Below, piece after piece: positions 38,756 to 49,471 of a DNA stretch of 64,000 nt. The notes under the pieces were generated by a model that did not search any database, had not been told where the DNA came from, and saw nothing but the letters and a program-made list of their open reading frames with translations. The stretch comes from an uncultured Gammaproteobacteria bacterium (GTDB lineage: Bacteria; Patescibacteriota; Microgenomatia; CAZETR01; Amesbacteraceae), in assembly GCA_964518565.1 (NCBI GenBank), contig CAZFGX010000001.1:203046-267045 (forward strand). Direction: 5' to 3'. The stretch's first letter is position 1. Each line of letters opens with the position of its first letter. A program made the position numbers and the translations under genes.

Positions 38756-40592
38756 ATTTGACTTAAGTAAATGGCTACTCATTATCTGTGGTAGTAGTAT
38801 CTGGTCAATTACTATGGTAAAAAGCGGACTTCTCACGTCGTATGGAATTGGATTTTGGGGTGCAAATGGTCACGATGGTATATGGCACATCGCCTTAATA
38901 AACTCTCTTTCAAGGTTCAGTTTGGACATGCCAATATTAGCAGGATTTAAAATACAAAACTATCATTTGGGCTTCGATTTGTTACTCGCATTTGTTCATA
39001 GAACCACACGTCTCGATAGCTCTATATTATATTTTCAGATCATTCCGCCTATTTTGGCTTTCTTGATCGGATATCTTACATATACTGTAGTATACAAATG
39101 GAAACAAGATCGTTTATCTGCGACACTTTCGACATTTTTTGTATATTTTGGTACAAGTTTAGGCTGGGTATTTAATGGTGGAGATTCGCTATTTTGGGCT
39201 CAACAAAGTTTATCAACGTTAATAAATCCTCCATTTGCTCTCTCGCTTGTGGTCTTACTTTTGGGAATTATTTTTGTCTTGCGCAAAAAATATATATACG
39301 CCAGTATATGTTTTGGGCTCTTAATTGAAATAAAAGTTTATGCAGGGCTCCTTGCATATCTCGGCTTATTAATGGCATCAGTCAAAACAAAAGAGCTACG
39401 AAAAGTTCTTTTGTTTTCCTCCTTTATTGCTTTCCCAATATTTTTAATCACAAATTCAGATTCAGCAAATCTCATCCAATTCGAACCCGGATGGTTTTTG
39501 GAAACATTGTTTGCTCCAGATAGATTAAACTGGCCTAAGTTTTTCTCAGCGTTAAATACATACCGTACAGGTGTAATTTTATACAAAGCCGTACCAGCAT
39601 ATATAGTTGCATTTGTAATTTTTTTAATTGGCAATGCAGGAATAAGAATTTTAGGCTTATGGCAAATAAAAAATAAAGACTGGTTCACAAAGTTTGGCAT
39701 AACAATAGTTGTATTTGGTAGTTTAATTCCAATGGTATTTGTCCAAAAAGGAACTCCTTGGAACACAATTCAATTTTTTTATTACTCTCTATTTTTTTTA
39801 AATATATTTACTGGAATAGTTATCTCTCAAATTTTTAAAAAAGTCACAAACAAAATTTATTTATTTACTTTTTTATCTCTTATTTTGACCATAACTATTG
39901 TAGAAATAACTCAAACACTGAAAAACTATCTACCAAGTCGACCCCCAGCAAAAATTACATACTCTGAATTATCTGCACTCAGAGAATTAAAAAAATTACC
40001 TTCAGGCACTGTATTGACTGAATTATTTGACAAATCAAAAGCAGAAGAACAAAAGAAATTTCCGCCGCGATCTTTGTCTGTATACGAATCTACTGCATAT
40101 GTATCTGCCTATTCAGCACAAGAAACATATCTAGAAGATGAGGTGAATTTATCTATAACAGGCTACAACATAGAGGAACGTAAAATACGTATAAAAAATT
40201 TTTTTGAGAATCCAAACTCACAATTCCTTCGAGATGAAAATATTAAATATATATATTTAATATCAATACCTAAATTCAATTATGAATTAATTCCAGGAGT
40301 TTCATATATCTACAAAAATTCAGAATATTCAATACTAAAATTTGATTCACAAATAGCTGAAAGAGTAAAAATTTCGAAACAAATGGCTATAAATATGGTA
40401 GGTCAATTGCCTCAAGTAAAATCTGCTACAAGCATCGAAGCAGACATGTTTGACTCTTCTAATATCTCTTGGAAAATAAAAGTCTCTTTTGCAAATTCCC
40501 TAATACTATTTTATAAAATAGATGGTCAAACTGGTGTTGTATCAGACTGGTCTTCAAATAGACCAATTACTCCGCTCGCTCCACAGAACTAA
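38730..40592 (+). CDS. GT-C-like membrane protein with C-terminal PepSY-like domain
   Basis: HDGIWH...NYHLGFD loop; multi-TM; ends ISKQMAI...WKIKV...YKIDGQTG. Confidence 0.6.
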   Translation: MRSFIEKNKFDLSKWLLIICGSSIWSITMVKSGLLTSYGIGFWGANGHDGIWHIALINSLSRFSLDMPILAGFKIQNYHLGFDLLLAFVHRTTRLDSSILYFQIIPPILAFLIGYLTYTVVYKWKQDRLSATLSTFFVYFGTSLGWVFNGGDSLFWAQQSLSTLINPPFALSLVVLLLGIIFVLRKKYIYASICFGLLIEIKVYAGLLAYLGLLMASVKTKELRKVLLFSSFIAFPIFLITNSDSANLIQFEPGWFLETLFAPDRLNWPKFFSALNTYRTGVILYKAVPAYIVAFVIFLIGNAGIRILGLWQIKNKDWFTKFGITIVVFGSLIPMVFVQKGTPWNTIQFFYYSLFFLNIFTGIVISQIFKKVTNKIYLFTFLSLILTITIVEITQTLKNYLPSRPPAKITYSELSALRELKKLPSGTVLTELFDKSKAEEQKKFPPRSLSVYESTAYVSAYSAQETYLEDEVNLSITGYNIEERKIRIKNFFENPNSQFLRDENIKYIYLISIPKFNYELIPGVSYIYKNSEYSILKFDSQIAERVKISKQMAINMVGQLPQVKSATSIEADMFDSSNISWKIKVSFANSLILFYKIDGQTGVVSDWSSNRPITPLAPQN

Positions 40593-40914
40593 TTCTAACC
40601 AATACTTGACCTGAAGCGTTAATACTAACAGAACCAGTAACTTTTACCGGTCTATCTGTAAAATGAACTAGACTCGTACTGTTCTCACCGTCTATGCGGG
40701 CGACGCTAGTTTTTCCTTCCTTGATTTTATAAAGATAATATCCCGGACCTGTATCATAATCTTGAGCTCCATGAATAATATAAGTTGCGCCCTGCTCAGT
40801 AAGAGACCATTGTTCACGACTTGAAACTTCACTTTTTCTATTGCGAAAAATTAGTAACCCTGAAAAAATTAAGGCCAGAGCAAGACAGACAATAAACACT
40901 TTTTTCATAGCCAC
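40567..40914 (-). CDS. Small membrane-anchored hypothetical protein
   Basis: MKK + hydrophobic helix, then a beta-rich domain (VKVTGSV). Confidence 0.65.
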   Translation of the reverse strand: MAMKKVFIVCLALALIFSGLLIFRNRKSEVSSREQWSLTEQGATYIIHGAQDYDTGPGYYLYKIKEGKTSVARIDGENSTSLVHFTDRPVKVTGSVSINASGQVLVRISSVERAE

Positions 40915-40944
40915 ACTTACGATGATACAATAATATGTATTGAT

Positions 40945-41853
40945 ATGCCAAAACCAAAGCTATCGGTTGTTATTACAGCCTGGAACGAAGCAAAAAATTT
41001 ACCCGTTGCTGTTGCATCAGTAAAAGAATTGGCGGACGAAATCATTGTTATTGATACAGAAAGTACTGACGATACCGCCGATATTGCAAAAAAACTTGGC
41101 TGTAGGGTTTTCTCTCATCCCAATACACAAATTGTCGAGCCTGTAAGAAATTTTTCTATTGAAAAAGCTACAGGTGATTGGATTCTATTGCTAGATGCTG
41201 ATGAAGAAGTGAGTTCCTCGCTGGCAGAAGAAATTCAAAAAATTATATTTGAGAATCAGATAGACTACTGTCGAATTCCTCGTCAAAATATCATATTCGG
41301 CCAGTGGATTAAATCAGACCATTGGTGGCCTGATTATGTATATCGCTTATTTAAAAAAGGGGCTATTACCTGGGAATCCACAATCCACAGTATTCCAAAA
41401 ACCCGAGGCCAAGGAAAAGATCTAGACATTTCGGCCAAAACCAGTCTTATCCACCATAATTACCAATCAATAAGCCAATTTATTATCAGATTAGATCGAT
41501 ATACATCAATTCAAGCCCAAGAAATTATTAAAAGTCAAACAAAATTCAATTGGGCCAATTTTATTTCAAAACCCTCCAATGAATTTTTAAATCAATATTT
41601 CGCTCGACAGGGTTATAAGCAAGGTATTCATGGATTGGTCCTATCATTGCTTCAAGCTTTTTCAGAATTTATAGTGTATGCCAAAGTTTGGGAAAAATTT
41701 AGTTTTCCAGAAGAAAAGATAAAATCAAATACGTTAAATCAGTTAGTGGAAAAGGCGACTAACGACACAAAATGGTGGATTTCAGAAACAGAAATTCAAC
41801 AAGAGTCGAATGCTGTAAATAAAATATTATTAAAAATAAAACGAAAATTATGA
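40945..41853 (+). CDS. GT2 (WaaE/KdtX-like)
   Basis: DTESTD, RNFSI, LDADE, WPDY.YRLF and HHNY motifs. Confidence 0.9.
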   Translation: MPKPKLSVVITAWNEAKNLPVAVASVKELADEIIVIDTESTDDTADIAKKLGCRVFSHPNTQIVEPVRNFSIEKATGDWILLLDADEEVSSSLAEEIQKIIFENQIDYCRIPRQNIIFGQWIKSDHWWPDYVYRLFKKGAITWESTIHSIPKTRGQGKDLDISAKTSLIHHNYQSISQFIIRLDRYTSIQAQEIIKSQTKFNWANFISKPSNEFLNQYFARQGYKQGIHGLVLSLLQAFSEFIVYAKVWEKFSFPEEKIKSNTLNQLVEKATNDTKWWISETEIQQESNAVNKILLKIKRKL

Positions 41854-42755
41854 AAGTCAGTATTGTCGTATTGAACTGGAACGGAGAAAAATATATTTCC
41901 CATTGCCTTGATTCGTTAAAAAATTTATTACACACGTCAATTGAGATTGAAAAAATAGTGGTAGATAATGACTCAACTGACAATTCAGTCGAATTAATAA
42001 AAAATCAATTTTCTGATTGTGTTTTGCTACGTAACCCTACGAATCTTGGTTATGCTCAAGGAAATAATATTGGTATTAAATACGCATTAAGAAAAAAAGC
42101 GGATTTTATCTGGATACTAAACTCTGACATTATTGTCGAAAAATCTAGTCTAATAAAACATATAGAAGCAACCGCCTTGCATCCCAACGTAGGAATTTTT
42201 GGTTGCAAAATTTACTTCGCCCCTGGTTATGAATTTCATAAGGACCGCTATACAAAAAATGATCTTGGTAGGGTTATTTGGTATGCTGGCGGACAAATAG
42301 ATTGGAAAAATGTAATTAGTAGCCATAGAGGGGTAGATGAAATAGACAAGGGTCAATTTGATGAAGATGTTTTGACTGATTATGTAACTGGGGCGTCAAT
42401 GTTTGTAAGAAGTGATGTGTTCGAGAGGGTTGGATTGTTTGATCCAAACTTTTTTTTGTACTTTGAAGAAACAGATTTTTGTCAAAGAGCTATGAAGCAT
42501 GGATATAAAAATATGTACATCTCCAGCCCAGTTGTATGGCATGAAAATGCCCAAGCAACTGGTATGGGATCCCCGCTGCAAGACTACTTTATAACTCGAA
42601 ATAGACTTTTATTTGGCCTAAAATATGCTCCTTTGAGAGCAAAGCAGGCCCTTATTCGAGAAAGTATAAATATCTATCGTTCAGGCAGGGTTTGGCAAAA
42701 ACAAGCGGTTGTGGATTTTTTTGTCGGAAGACTTGGAAAGGGAACATATAAATGA
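41850..42755 (+). CDS. GT2 (WbbL/rhamnosyltransferase-like)
   Basis: VLNWNG, NLGYAQGNN, LNSD, TGASM and FLYFEETD motifs. Confidence 0.9.
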   Translation: MKVSIVVLNWNGEKYISHCLDSLKNLLHTSIEIEKIVVDNDSTDNSVELIKNQFSDCVLLRNPTNLGYAQGNNIGIKYALRKKADFIWILNSDIIVEKSSLIKHIEATALHPNVGIFGCKIYFAPGYEFHKDRYTKNDLGRVIWYAGGQIDWKNVISSHRGVDEIDKGQFDEDVLTDYVTGASMFVRSDVFERVGLFDPNFFLYFEETDFCQRAMKHGYKNMYISSPVVWHENAQATGMGSPLQDYFITRNRLLFGLKYAPLRAKQALIRESINIYRSGRVWQKQAVVDFFVGRLGKGTYK

Positions 42756-43504
42756 AACTGACCGCAGTTGTCATTACAAAAAATGAACAGGCAATGATCG
42801 AAGATTGCCTCAAATCAATTCAATTTGTGGACCAAATTCTAGTTGTTGATACTGGAAACACTGACGCGACAAATAAAATATCGCAAAAATTTGGCGCAAA
42901 AATTATTAAATCAGTTGGAAAAAATTATTCAGACTATCGTAATGACGGATTGAGTCAGGTAAACACGGATTGGGTGTTATATGTCGATGCAGACGAACGA
43001 GTTTCTCCAGAATTGGCCAAAGAAATTTTAGAAAAAACTTCGGTCACCCAAAAGAATAATTGCTTCCTTATACCGCGAATGAATAATTATTTGGGTAAAT
43101 TTATGAAATATGGCGGATGGGGAGGGGAAAAAATACCTAGGCTATTTAAAAAAGAAGCATTAAAAAAATATACAGGTGATTTACACGAACAACCTATTTA
43201 TGTCGGTTCGACAGGTGAAATGAAGCATTCACTTTTGCACTACTCACATCGAGACATCTCATCTATGGTCGAAAAAACGATTAAGTTTACAGAGTTTGAA
43301 GCAAAATTACGTTTAGATTCAAACCATCCCCCCGTAGTTCCATGGAGAATAATCAGAGTTATGATTACAGAATTTTGGAAGAGATTTATCAAATATTCAG
43401 CTTGGCGAGATGGATATGCAGGTGTTGTTGATGGACTGTTTCAAGTATTCAATATGTCAATTATTTATTCACGCTTATGGGAAATGCAGCAAAAAAAGTC
43501 CTAA
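42752..43504 (+). CDS. GT2 (WaaE/KdtX-like)
   Basis: ITKNE, VDADER and LHEQP motifs. Confidence 0.9.
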   Translation: MKLTAVVITKNEQAMIEDCLKSIQFVDQILVVDTGNTDATNKISQKFGAKIIKSVGKNYSDYRNDGLSQVNTDWVLYVDADERVSPELAKEILEKTSVTQKNNCFLIPRMNNYLGKFMKYGGWGGEKIPRLFKKEALKKYTGDLHEQPIYVGSTGEMKHSLLHYSHRDISSMVEKTIKFTEFEAKLRLDSNHPPVVPWRIIRVMITEFWKRFIKYSAWRDGYAGVVDGLFQVFNMSIIYSRLWEMQQKKS

Positions 43505-44517
43505 TAGTTAATCCGTATTGGGATTCATATGGAGGAGGAGAGAGATATACTGCAATGGTAATAAGGTATTTTTTGGACAAAGGCTATTGTGTAGATATTG
43601 TCTGGAATGCACCACTTTCAGATTCAATCAAAAATAAATTTAATATTGATATCTCGACTGCAAAAATTGTTAAACGAGACGTTTATACATCAAAGTACAA
43701 AATTGCGTTTTATGTTTCTGATGGATCTATTCCACTTTCCTTTGCTGAAAAAACTATTATTCACTTTCAATTCCCTTTTATAAATGTTTCGGGTAAAAAA
43801 GTTCTCAATAAATTAAAATCAGTTTTTTATAACTATGTTTGTAATTCACAATTCACAAAAACTAGAATTGACAAAGAATTTGGCATAAATAGTCGTGTAA
43901 TATATCCACCTATTGCCACCCAAGATTTCACTCCTGCAAAAAAAATAAATAATATTGTATATGTTGGACGTTTTTCACAACTGACACAAAAGAAAAATCA
44001 ACACCTACTGATAGAGGCGTTTAACAAATTTTCAAAAAACAATCCTACGTGGAGTATGACATTAGCTGGGGGATATGGTGTGGGTACTGATGAAAAATAT
44101 TTTGAACAAATAACAACAGAAGCCCAAAAAAACAAAAAAATTAAAATCCTAATTAATCCATCGTTCGTAGATATTAAAAACATATACGCTAAATCAACAA
44201 TATTTTGGTCTGCAACAGGTTTGGGTATTGACGAAGAAAAAAATCCGGAACAAGTTGAGCATTTTGGTATGAGCTTAGTAGAAGCGATGGCCGCTGGGTG
44301 TATACCTGTTGTAAGTAATAAAGGTGGACATGTCGAAATTGTTGGCGAACAAAATGTAAACCAACTAGTTAGCAATCAACACGAACTTGTTGAGAAAACG
44401 CAAAATATTATCCTAAACCAAAAATTATTAGTTGATTCATTGCAATATAGTATGGCAAGGGCAAAAGATTTTGATCTATCACATTTTTATCAAAATTGGG
44501 ATAAAATTTTTTCATGA
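43477..44517 (+). CDS. GT4 glycosyltransferase (EHFG type)
   Basis: GGGER, CNSQFT, IYPP, VGRF and EHFGMSLVEAMAAG motifs. Confidence 0.9.
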   Translation: MGNAAKKVLIVNPYWDSYGGGERYTAMVIRYFLDKGYCVDIVWNAPLSDSIKNKFNIDISTAKIVKRDVYTSKYKIAFYVSDGSIPLSFAEKTIIHFQFPFINVSGKKVLNKLKSVFYNYVCNSQFTKTRIDKEFGINSRVIYPPIATQDFTPAKKINNIVYVGRFSQLTQKKNQHLLIEAFNKFSKNNPTWSMTLAGGYGVGTDEKYFEQITTEAQKNKKIKILINPSFVDIKNIYAKSTIFWSATGLGIDEEKNPEQVEHFGMSLVEAMAAGCIPVVSNKGGHVEIVGEQNVNQLVSNQHELVEKTQNIILNQKLLVDSLQYSMARAKDFDLSHFYQNWDKIFS

Positions 44518-45710
44518 AAAAAATTAGCAACTCCATAAAATTATTTTTTTGCGTTGGATTGGTTTTACGACTAATTAGTATGCCATTCACGTATCATCCT
44601 GATCTTCATGGACACTACCTCGGATCATGGTTGATGGTTAAAAAATCGGCATTATTAACCATGTACGACTACATTAGTCATCAACCAAGAAATAGTCAGA
44701 TAGTGAAAATATATGGGGATGATTTTTTCGTATATGGCCCAATGACATATTGGACACACGCAATTTGGCTTACATTGGTAAACCCAATTATTGATTGGAA
44801 TTTATTTAATAATTTTGAAACTAATTACGACATTGCAGAACAGTCATCTCAGTTGCCTTGGTTAATATTTATTCTAAAAACTCCCTATTTATTGGCAGAT
44901 ATCGGCTTATTAATATTGCTAATGAAAATAGCTCCAGAGTCCATGAAATCCAAAATTGTTTTATTGTGGGCATTCAATATTCCTATAATTCATTCGGCAT
45001 TTCTAATGGGTCAATTCGATATATTTATTGCTCTCGGGATACTCGCTGCGGTGTACGCATCCCAAAAAAATCATCCCTTTCTGGCTAGTGTATTTCTTGG
45101 AATTTCAGCTGCATTTAAACCGTTTCCGCTTTTTTTGTTGCCATTTGTACCAAAAACCTCATGGAAAAACGTTGTAATTGGAGTAGCAACATATTCAATA
45201 ATTATTTTGCCCTACATTCTTACATCACCCGGCTTTAGGATGTTTGCCCTTTCTGCTCAACAAAGCAGTAAACTCTGGGAAGCACATATTCCAGTATCAG
45301 CTACCCAATCAGTTGTCATATTTTTTGCATTATTAGGATTATTTGCCTGGATAAAAAAAGATCATCCAGAAAAAATGTCGCAAGTGGGTTGGTTTGCAGT
45401 TCCATTATTACTTTTTTATGGTTTGACCCATTTTCACCCACAATGGATTTCCTGGATTAGTCCAATATTGTTGCTCATCTACGCCCGTGAATCAAAATTG
45501 CGACTTGCTATATTGACCATATTGGGTTGTTGGATATTAATTACGTTGTCATTTGAACCTTCACTGCATACAGGTCTTTTTGGTTTCCCCATAAACCTTA
45601 AGCCGTACCTAAATGACCAGGCTGTATCATTTGTTAGGTCTATTCTAGCCGCAACCACTAGTTATTTTATTTATAACCTATTTATTCAAAATAAATCAGA
45701 AGTTACTTGA
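44514..45710 (+). CDS. GT-C (GT87/ALG6-like) membrane glycosyltransferase
   Basis: YHPD, LKTPYLLAD, MGQFD and HPQW motifs. Confidence 0.7.
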   Translation: MKKISNSIKLFFCVGLVLRLISMPFTYHPDLHGHYLGSWLMVKKSALLTMYDYISHQPRNSQIVKIYGDDFFVYGPMTYWTHAIWLTLVNPIIDWNLFNNFETNYDIAEQSSQLPWLIFILKTPYLLADIGLLILLMKIAPESMKSKIVLLWAFNIPIIHSAFLMGQFDIFIALGILAAVYASQKNHPFLASVFLGISAAFKPFPLFLLPFVPKTSWKNVVIGVATYSIIILPYILTSPGFRMFALSAQQSSKLWEAHIPVSATQSVVIFFALLGLFAWIKKDHPEKMSQVGWFAVPLLLFYGLTHFHPQWISWISPILLLIYARESKLRLAILTILGCWILITLSFEPSLHTGLFGFPINLKPYLNDQAVSFVRSILAATTSYFIYNLFIQNKSEVT

Positions 45711-46570
45711 AACAAGGCTTGTTTATAATAATTTCGTTGCTGAGGTTTTAAAATCATTCGTAAACTACATCCTAGAAGTATGGCAAATAATAAAAAGGGC
45801 TTGTGCCATCCAGGATTATGTTTTTCAAACCAATATTTCCAACCATTAATTTCGCCGATTACAGCAGGAGATCTATCTGAAGAACTTCCACCAAGTGCAT
45901 GTATACATTGGGCAATAGGTAAATACCATATTTGATATTTAGCCTTCTTGCAACGATATAGCCATTCTATTTCTTCGCCATACATGAAAAATTTTCCATC
46001 AAAACCTTCTGTTGTCAAAAATACTGATTTCCGTAAGAATAAAAACGCTCCTGTTACCCAGTCCGCTCGCTTTGGTGAATAATAACGTTGCGTGCTTCGT
46101 ATATGAATTGAATCAATGTATTCTCGTATCAAAGGCAAATTATCCAAAAAAAACATCATTTGAAATATTCGTCGTAATGTCGGGAAATATCCCCAAGAAG
46201 ATTGAATCGTGCCATCGGTATTTAATAATTGACAGCCAGCAATATCCACATCTTGGTGTGCGATAAAATATTCATAAAACAATTGAATCGTATCTTCAAA
46301 AACATAGGCATCGCTATTTAGTAAAAGTAATAAATCACCCTTAGCATTTCTCATCCCTTGGTTGTTCCCAAGTGCAAAACCAACATTGTCAGAGTTTTTA
46401 ATCAACTGAACTTGTGGAAAATCTTTTTGAATCATTTCTAGACTTCCATCCGTTGATGCGTTGTCGACAACAATAGTTTCAAATTCACCAAAAGTCGATC
46501 GATATAAGCACTCCAGGCATTTACGAGTTTTATCTAGGGTATTGAATGAAAGGATAATAACTGACAACAT
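45686..46570 (-). CDS. GT2 (WbbL-like)
   Basis: VDNASTD, NVGFALGNN, LLNSD, WVTGA and FFMYGEE motifs. Confidence 0.9.
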   Translation of the reverse strand: MLSVIILSFNTLDKTRKCLECLYRSTFGEFETIVVDNASTDGSLEMIQKDFPQVQLIKNSDNVGFALGNNQGMRNAKGDLLLLLNSDAYVFEDTIQLFYEYFIAHQDVDIAGCQLLNTDGTIQSSWGYFPTLRRIFQMMFFLDNLPLIREYIDSIHIRSTQRYYSPKRADWVTGAFLFLRKSVFLTTEGFDGKFFMYGEEIEWLYRCKKAKYQIWYLPIAQCIHALGGSSSDRSPAVIGEINGWKYWFEKHNPGWHKPFLLFAILLGCSLRMILKPQQRNYYKQALFQVTSDLF

Positions 46571-46591
46571 AGTAAGAAGTATAATATAAAA

Positions 46592-48208
46592 ATGTCATTC
46601 ATATTGTTTTTGCTGCTAATAATCTCAAGTATAGTTCGTACAGTTGCCCCAACAGTTAGTCCACCAGAACTGTTTGGTGACGAGGTAGATGTGGGTTATC
46701 AGGCATACAGTCTTCTAAAAACTGGTAAAGATGTCAGAAATTACCCCGTACCCTTATATGTTCATTCACTATCAGAGTCTAGAGCTCCGTTGCTCATCTA
46801 TGCTACTGTTCCAAGTATTTTGATTTTTAAAAATACTATTGTGGGCGTTCGAGCTCCAGAATATATATTTGGCAGTTTGGCGCCAATAATTTCTGTCTGT
46901 TTGGCGTATAAGCTTACCCGATCCAAAAAAATAAGCCTTCTTACTGGTTTTTTTCTTGCCACATTACCATGGCACATTCATTATTCTAGATCTGCCTTTG
47001 AAGTAGTAATAATGCTCGATCTAATCATGGCAGGAACTACACTACTTTTGTCACAAAAAAGGATCCTCGGCGTCGTTCTCTTATTTTTATCAATGTATAC
47101 ATATAGCACTGCGGTGATATTCGCTCTTTGTTTATTTTTTGGTTTGTGGATATTGATTCCTAAAATACGCCACAAAACCACTTTTGTAGCTGCCTTGATA
47201 ATGTGCCTTCCTCTAATATTTAATCTCATTCAAGGATCGGCTAGTCAGCGTTTTAGTATACTGAGTATTTTTAATGAAAACGAGCAAATAAAAACTATCA
47301 CAGAACTTCGATCTGTCGATCTATCTGTTTGGGCTAAAATTTGGCATAACAAAGCTCAATCACTAGTCTATAAATTTTTGAGCAACTATTTTCAATCATT
47401 CTCCACTGATTTTCTCTTTGTAAGAGGTGATCCAACCCTGCGACATGGAATAGGTCAAATAGGAAATTTCTTATCTATTACCGCCCCTTTAATATTGATG
47501 GGTTTTGTGAGATTTTTGAAAAAAAGATTAATGATTCCAATCTTGTGGTTCATCTTGGCTCCTATTCCTGCCGCCCTCACGGTAGATGGGGGGTACCACG
47601 CCACTCGTTTATTTTTGCTCGTTTTCCCGCTAGTTTTAGCTATGGGACTAGGTGTGATCGAATGTATTCATTTTTTTAATAACAAAAAAATTTCTTATTC
47701 ACTATTAAGTCTTTTTGCAATAATTTTTTGCTACCAGTTTGGTTGGTATACACATTACTACTATGTACACTATCCTACTGCTTCTTGGCGCTGGTGGCAT
47801 GTAGGTTTTTCAAAAACGTTTACTGAAGTATCAAAAATTCAAGATCAATACACACGTGTTTTTATAAACAACACATATGAACCAGCGTTAATTAGATATT
47901 TGTTTTACTCTGAATATGATCCAAAAAGGTTTCACCAAACATTTTCAAACGATCAACCACAGACAAATATATTAAAAGGGTATGATGGCTTTACTCTTGA
48001 TAATAAAATATTTTTCGGTACATTCCACGACAAAGGTGGCGATATCCAAAACAAACTCAGCCCTCGAAGTCTATATATCCTTAGTCAGCGAGATGATGTT
48101 GGTGGCAACTGGGACTGGCGTAAATCCCCCCCAGCAGGGATCAAAGTAATCGATACCATTACAGATCCATACAATGACCCCATATTTTATTTAATAAAAA
48201 AAGAATAG
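46592..48208 (+). CDS. PMT/ArnT-like GT-C glycosyltransferase
   Basis: DEVDVGYQAYSLLKTGKD, PWHIHYSR and FLFVRGD motifs. Confidence 0.8.
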   Translation: MSFILFLLLIISSIVRTVAPTVSPPELFGDEVDVGYQAYSLLKTGKDVRNYPVPLYVHSLSESRAPLLIYATVPSILIFKNTIVGVRAPEYIFGSLAPIISVCLAYKLTRSKKISLLTGFFLATLPWHIHYSRSAFEVVIMLDLIMAGTTLLLSQKRILGVVLLFLSMYTYSTAVIFALCLFFGLWILIPKIRHKTTFVAALIMCLPLIFNLIQGSASQRFSILSIFNENEQIKTITELRSVDLSVWAKIWHNKAQSLVYKFLSNYFQSFSTDFLFVRGDPTLRHGIGQIGNFLSITAPLILMGFVRFLKKRLMIPILWFILAPIPAALTVDGGYHATRLFLLVFPLVLAMGLGVIECIHFFNNKKISYSLLSLFAIIFCYQFGWYTHYYYVHYPTASWRWWHVGFSKTFTEVSKIQDQYTRVFINNTYEPALIRYLFYSEYDPKRFHQTFSNDQPQTNILKGYDGFTLDNKIFFGTFHDKGGDIQNKLSPRSLYILSQRDDVGGNWDWRKSPPAGIKVIDTITDPYNDPIFYLIKKE

Positions 48209-48211
48209 CTT

Positions 48212-49471
48212 ATGCAAATCGTAATCGTCTTATTAATTAGTTTATTATTACGAATTTTTGTTAGCACTGCTATATATAGCGGAGATCTAAACAACCATGT
48301 TGGTTGGGGAGAAAGTAATTTGAAATACGGCTATGAGGGAGCTTACGACAGACAATATGTTGGCATCATGCAACCCACCTATCCCCCCATAGCTATCGGA
48401 GCCTTTACTGCCTCAGTTGGTTTATATGAAACAGTATACAAAATCTCATACAGTCTAAACGAAAAAATAAATCTTTTCCCATCAAAAATTATCTGGTCAC
48501 TTCAGGATGAAAATGTACGACCTGCTTTTACGAAAATTATTGCGATTATTAGTGATGTCGGGGTCGGGCTCCTCATATATAGATTTTGCAAGTCAATATG
48601 TAAAAAAAGCCGAAAAACAAGCGTAATTGTCGCAGCAGCATATCTATTTAATCCAGCTGTTTGGTACATTAGTGCATTATGGGGACAAATTGAGTCATTA
48701 CCAATTTTTTTTATATTGCTTAGTATCTGGATGGCATATCAAAAAAAATACAAACTAGCCAATGTTAGCTTTGTCGCGGCAGTACTTTCAAAACAAACAT
48801 CTTTAATTTTTTCCCCATTATTTTTGATTCTTTCTTACAAAAAATTTGGAATAAAAAAGACTGTCAAAGGTCTGTTTATACAAATGGCAATATTTTATAT
48901 TGCATACCTTCCGTTTGCCCCCACACTGTCACCACTCTGGCCATTCCAAGTATATATAAATCGAATCCAAACAGGATCTGGCTCAGTCTGGATAACTGAT
49001 CATGCATTCAATGTCTGGATATGGTTTTCGCATTTACAAAAAATTCCTGATACCACAAAAGTAATTGGACAAATTTCAGCAAACATAGTTGGTATTGGAC
49101 TTTTTTTCATTGCGGTTTTAGCTCCATTGTTTGCTTATACAAAACGAAAACTCTCCTTTAACCAATTGATACTCCTATGTAGTCTCATGCCGATGGCGGC
49201 ATTTAGTTTTTTAACAAAAATGCATGAACGTTATAGTGCTCCAGCGATACCATTTATTGCTCTTGCTTCTTCATTTGATCCAGTTCTGTGGATTATATAT
49301 TTCCTTGAGTCAGTCGCTCATCTAGTTAACCTCTACCACGAATGGTACTTTCCTCGAATAGGGGGGGTAGACACACTTGTTTCAGATTGGACTACGATAC
49401 AAGTATGTGCAATCACCAATATCATCGTCACGCTTATTCTTATATGGAAAAATCTAAAACCCAAAGCATAA
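48212..49471 (+). CDS. GT-C (ALG6/GT87-like) membrane glycosyltransferase
   Basis: GDL, TYPP, FNPA, WGQIES and MHERY motifs. Confidence 0.75.
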   Translation: MQIVIVLLISLLLRIFVSTAIYSGDLNNHVGWGESNLKYGYEGAYDRQYVGIMQPTYPPIAIGAFTASVGLYETVYKISYSLNEKINLFPSKIIWSLQDENVRPAFTKIIAIISDVGVGLLIYRFCKSICKKSRKTSVIVAAAYLFNPAVWYISALWGQIESLPIFFILLSIWMAYQKKYKLANVSFVAAVLSKQTSLIFSPLFLILSYKKFGIKKTVKGLFIQMAIFYIAYLPFAPTLSPLWPFQVYINRIQTGSGSVWITDHAFNVWIWFSHLQKIPDTTKVIGQISANIVGIGLFFIAVLAPLFAYTKRKLSFNQLILLCSLMPMAAFSFLTKMHERYSAPAIPFIALASSFDPVLWIIYFLESVAHLVNLYHEWYFPRIGGVDTLVSDWTTIQVCAITNIIVTLILIWKNLKPKA

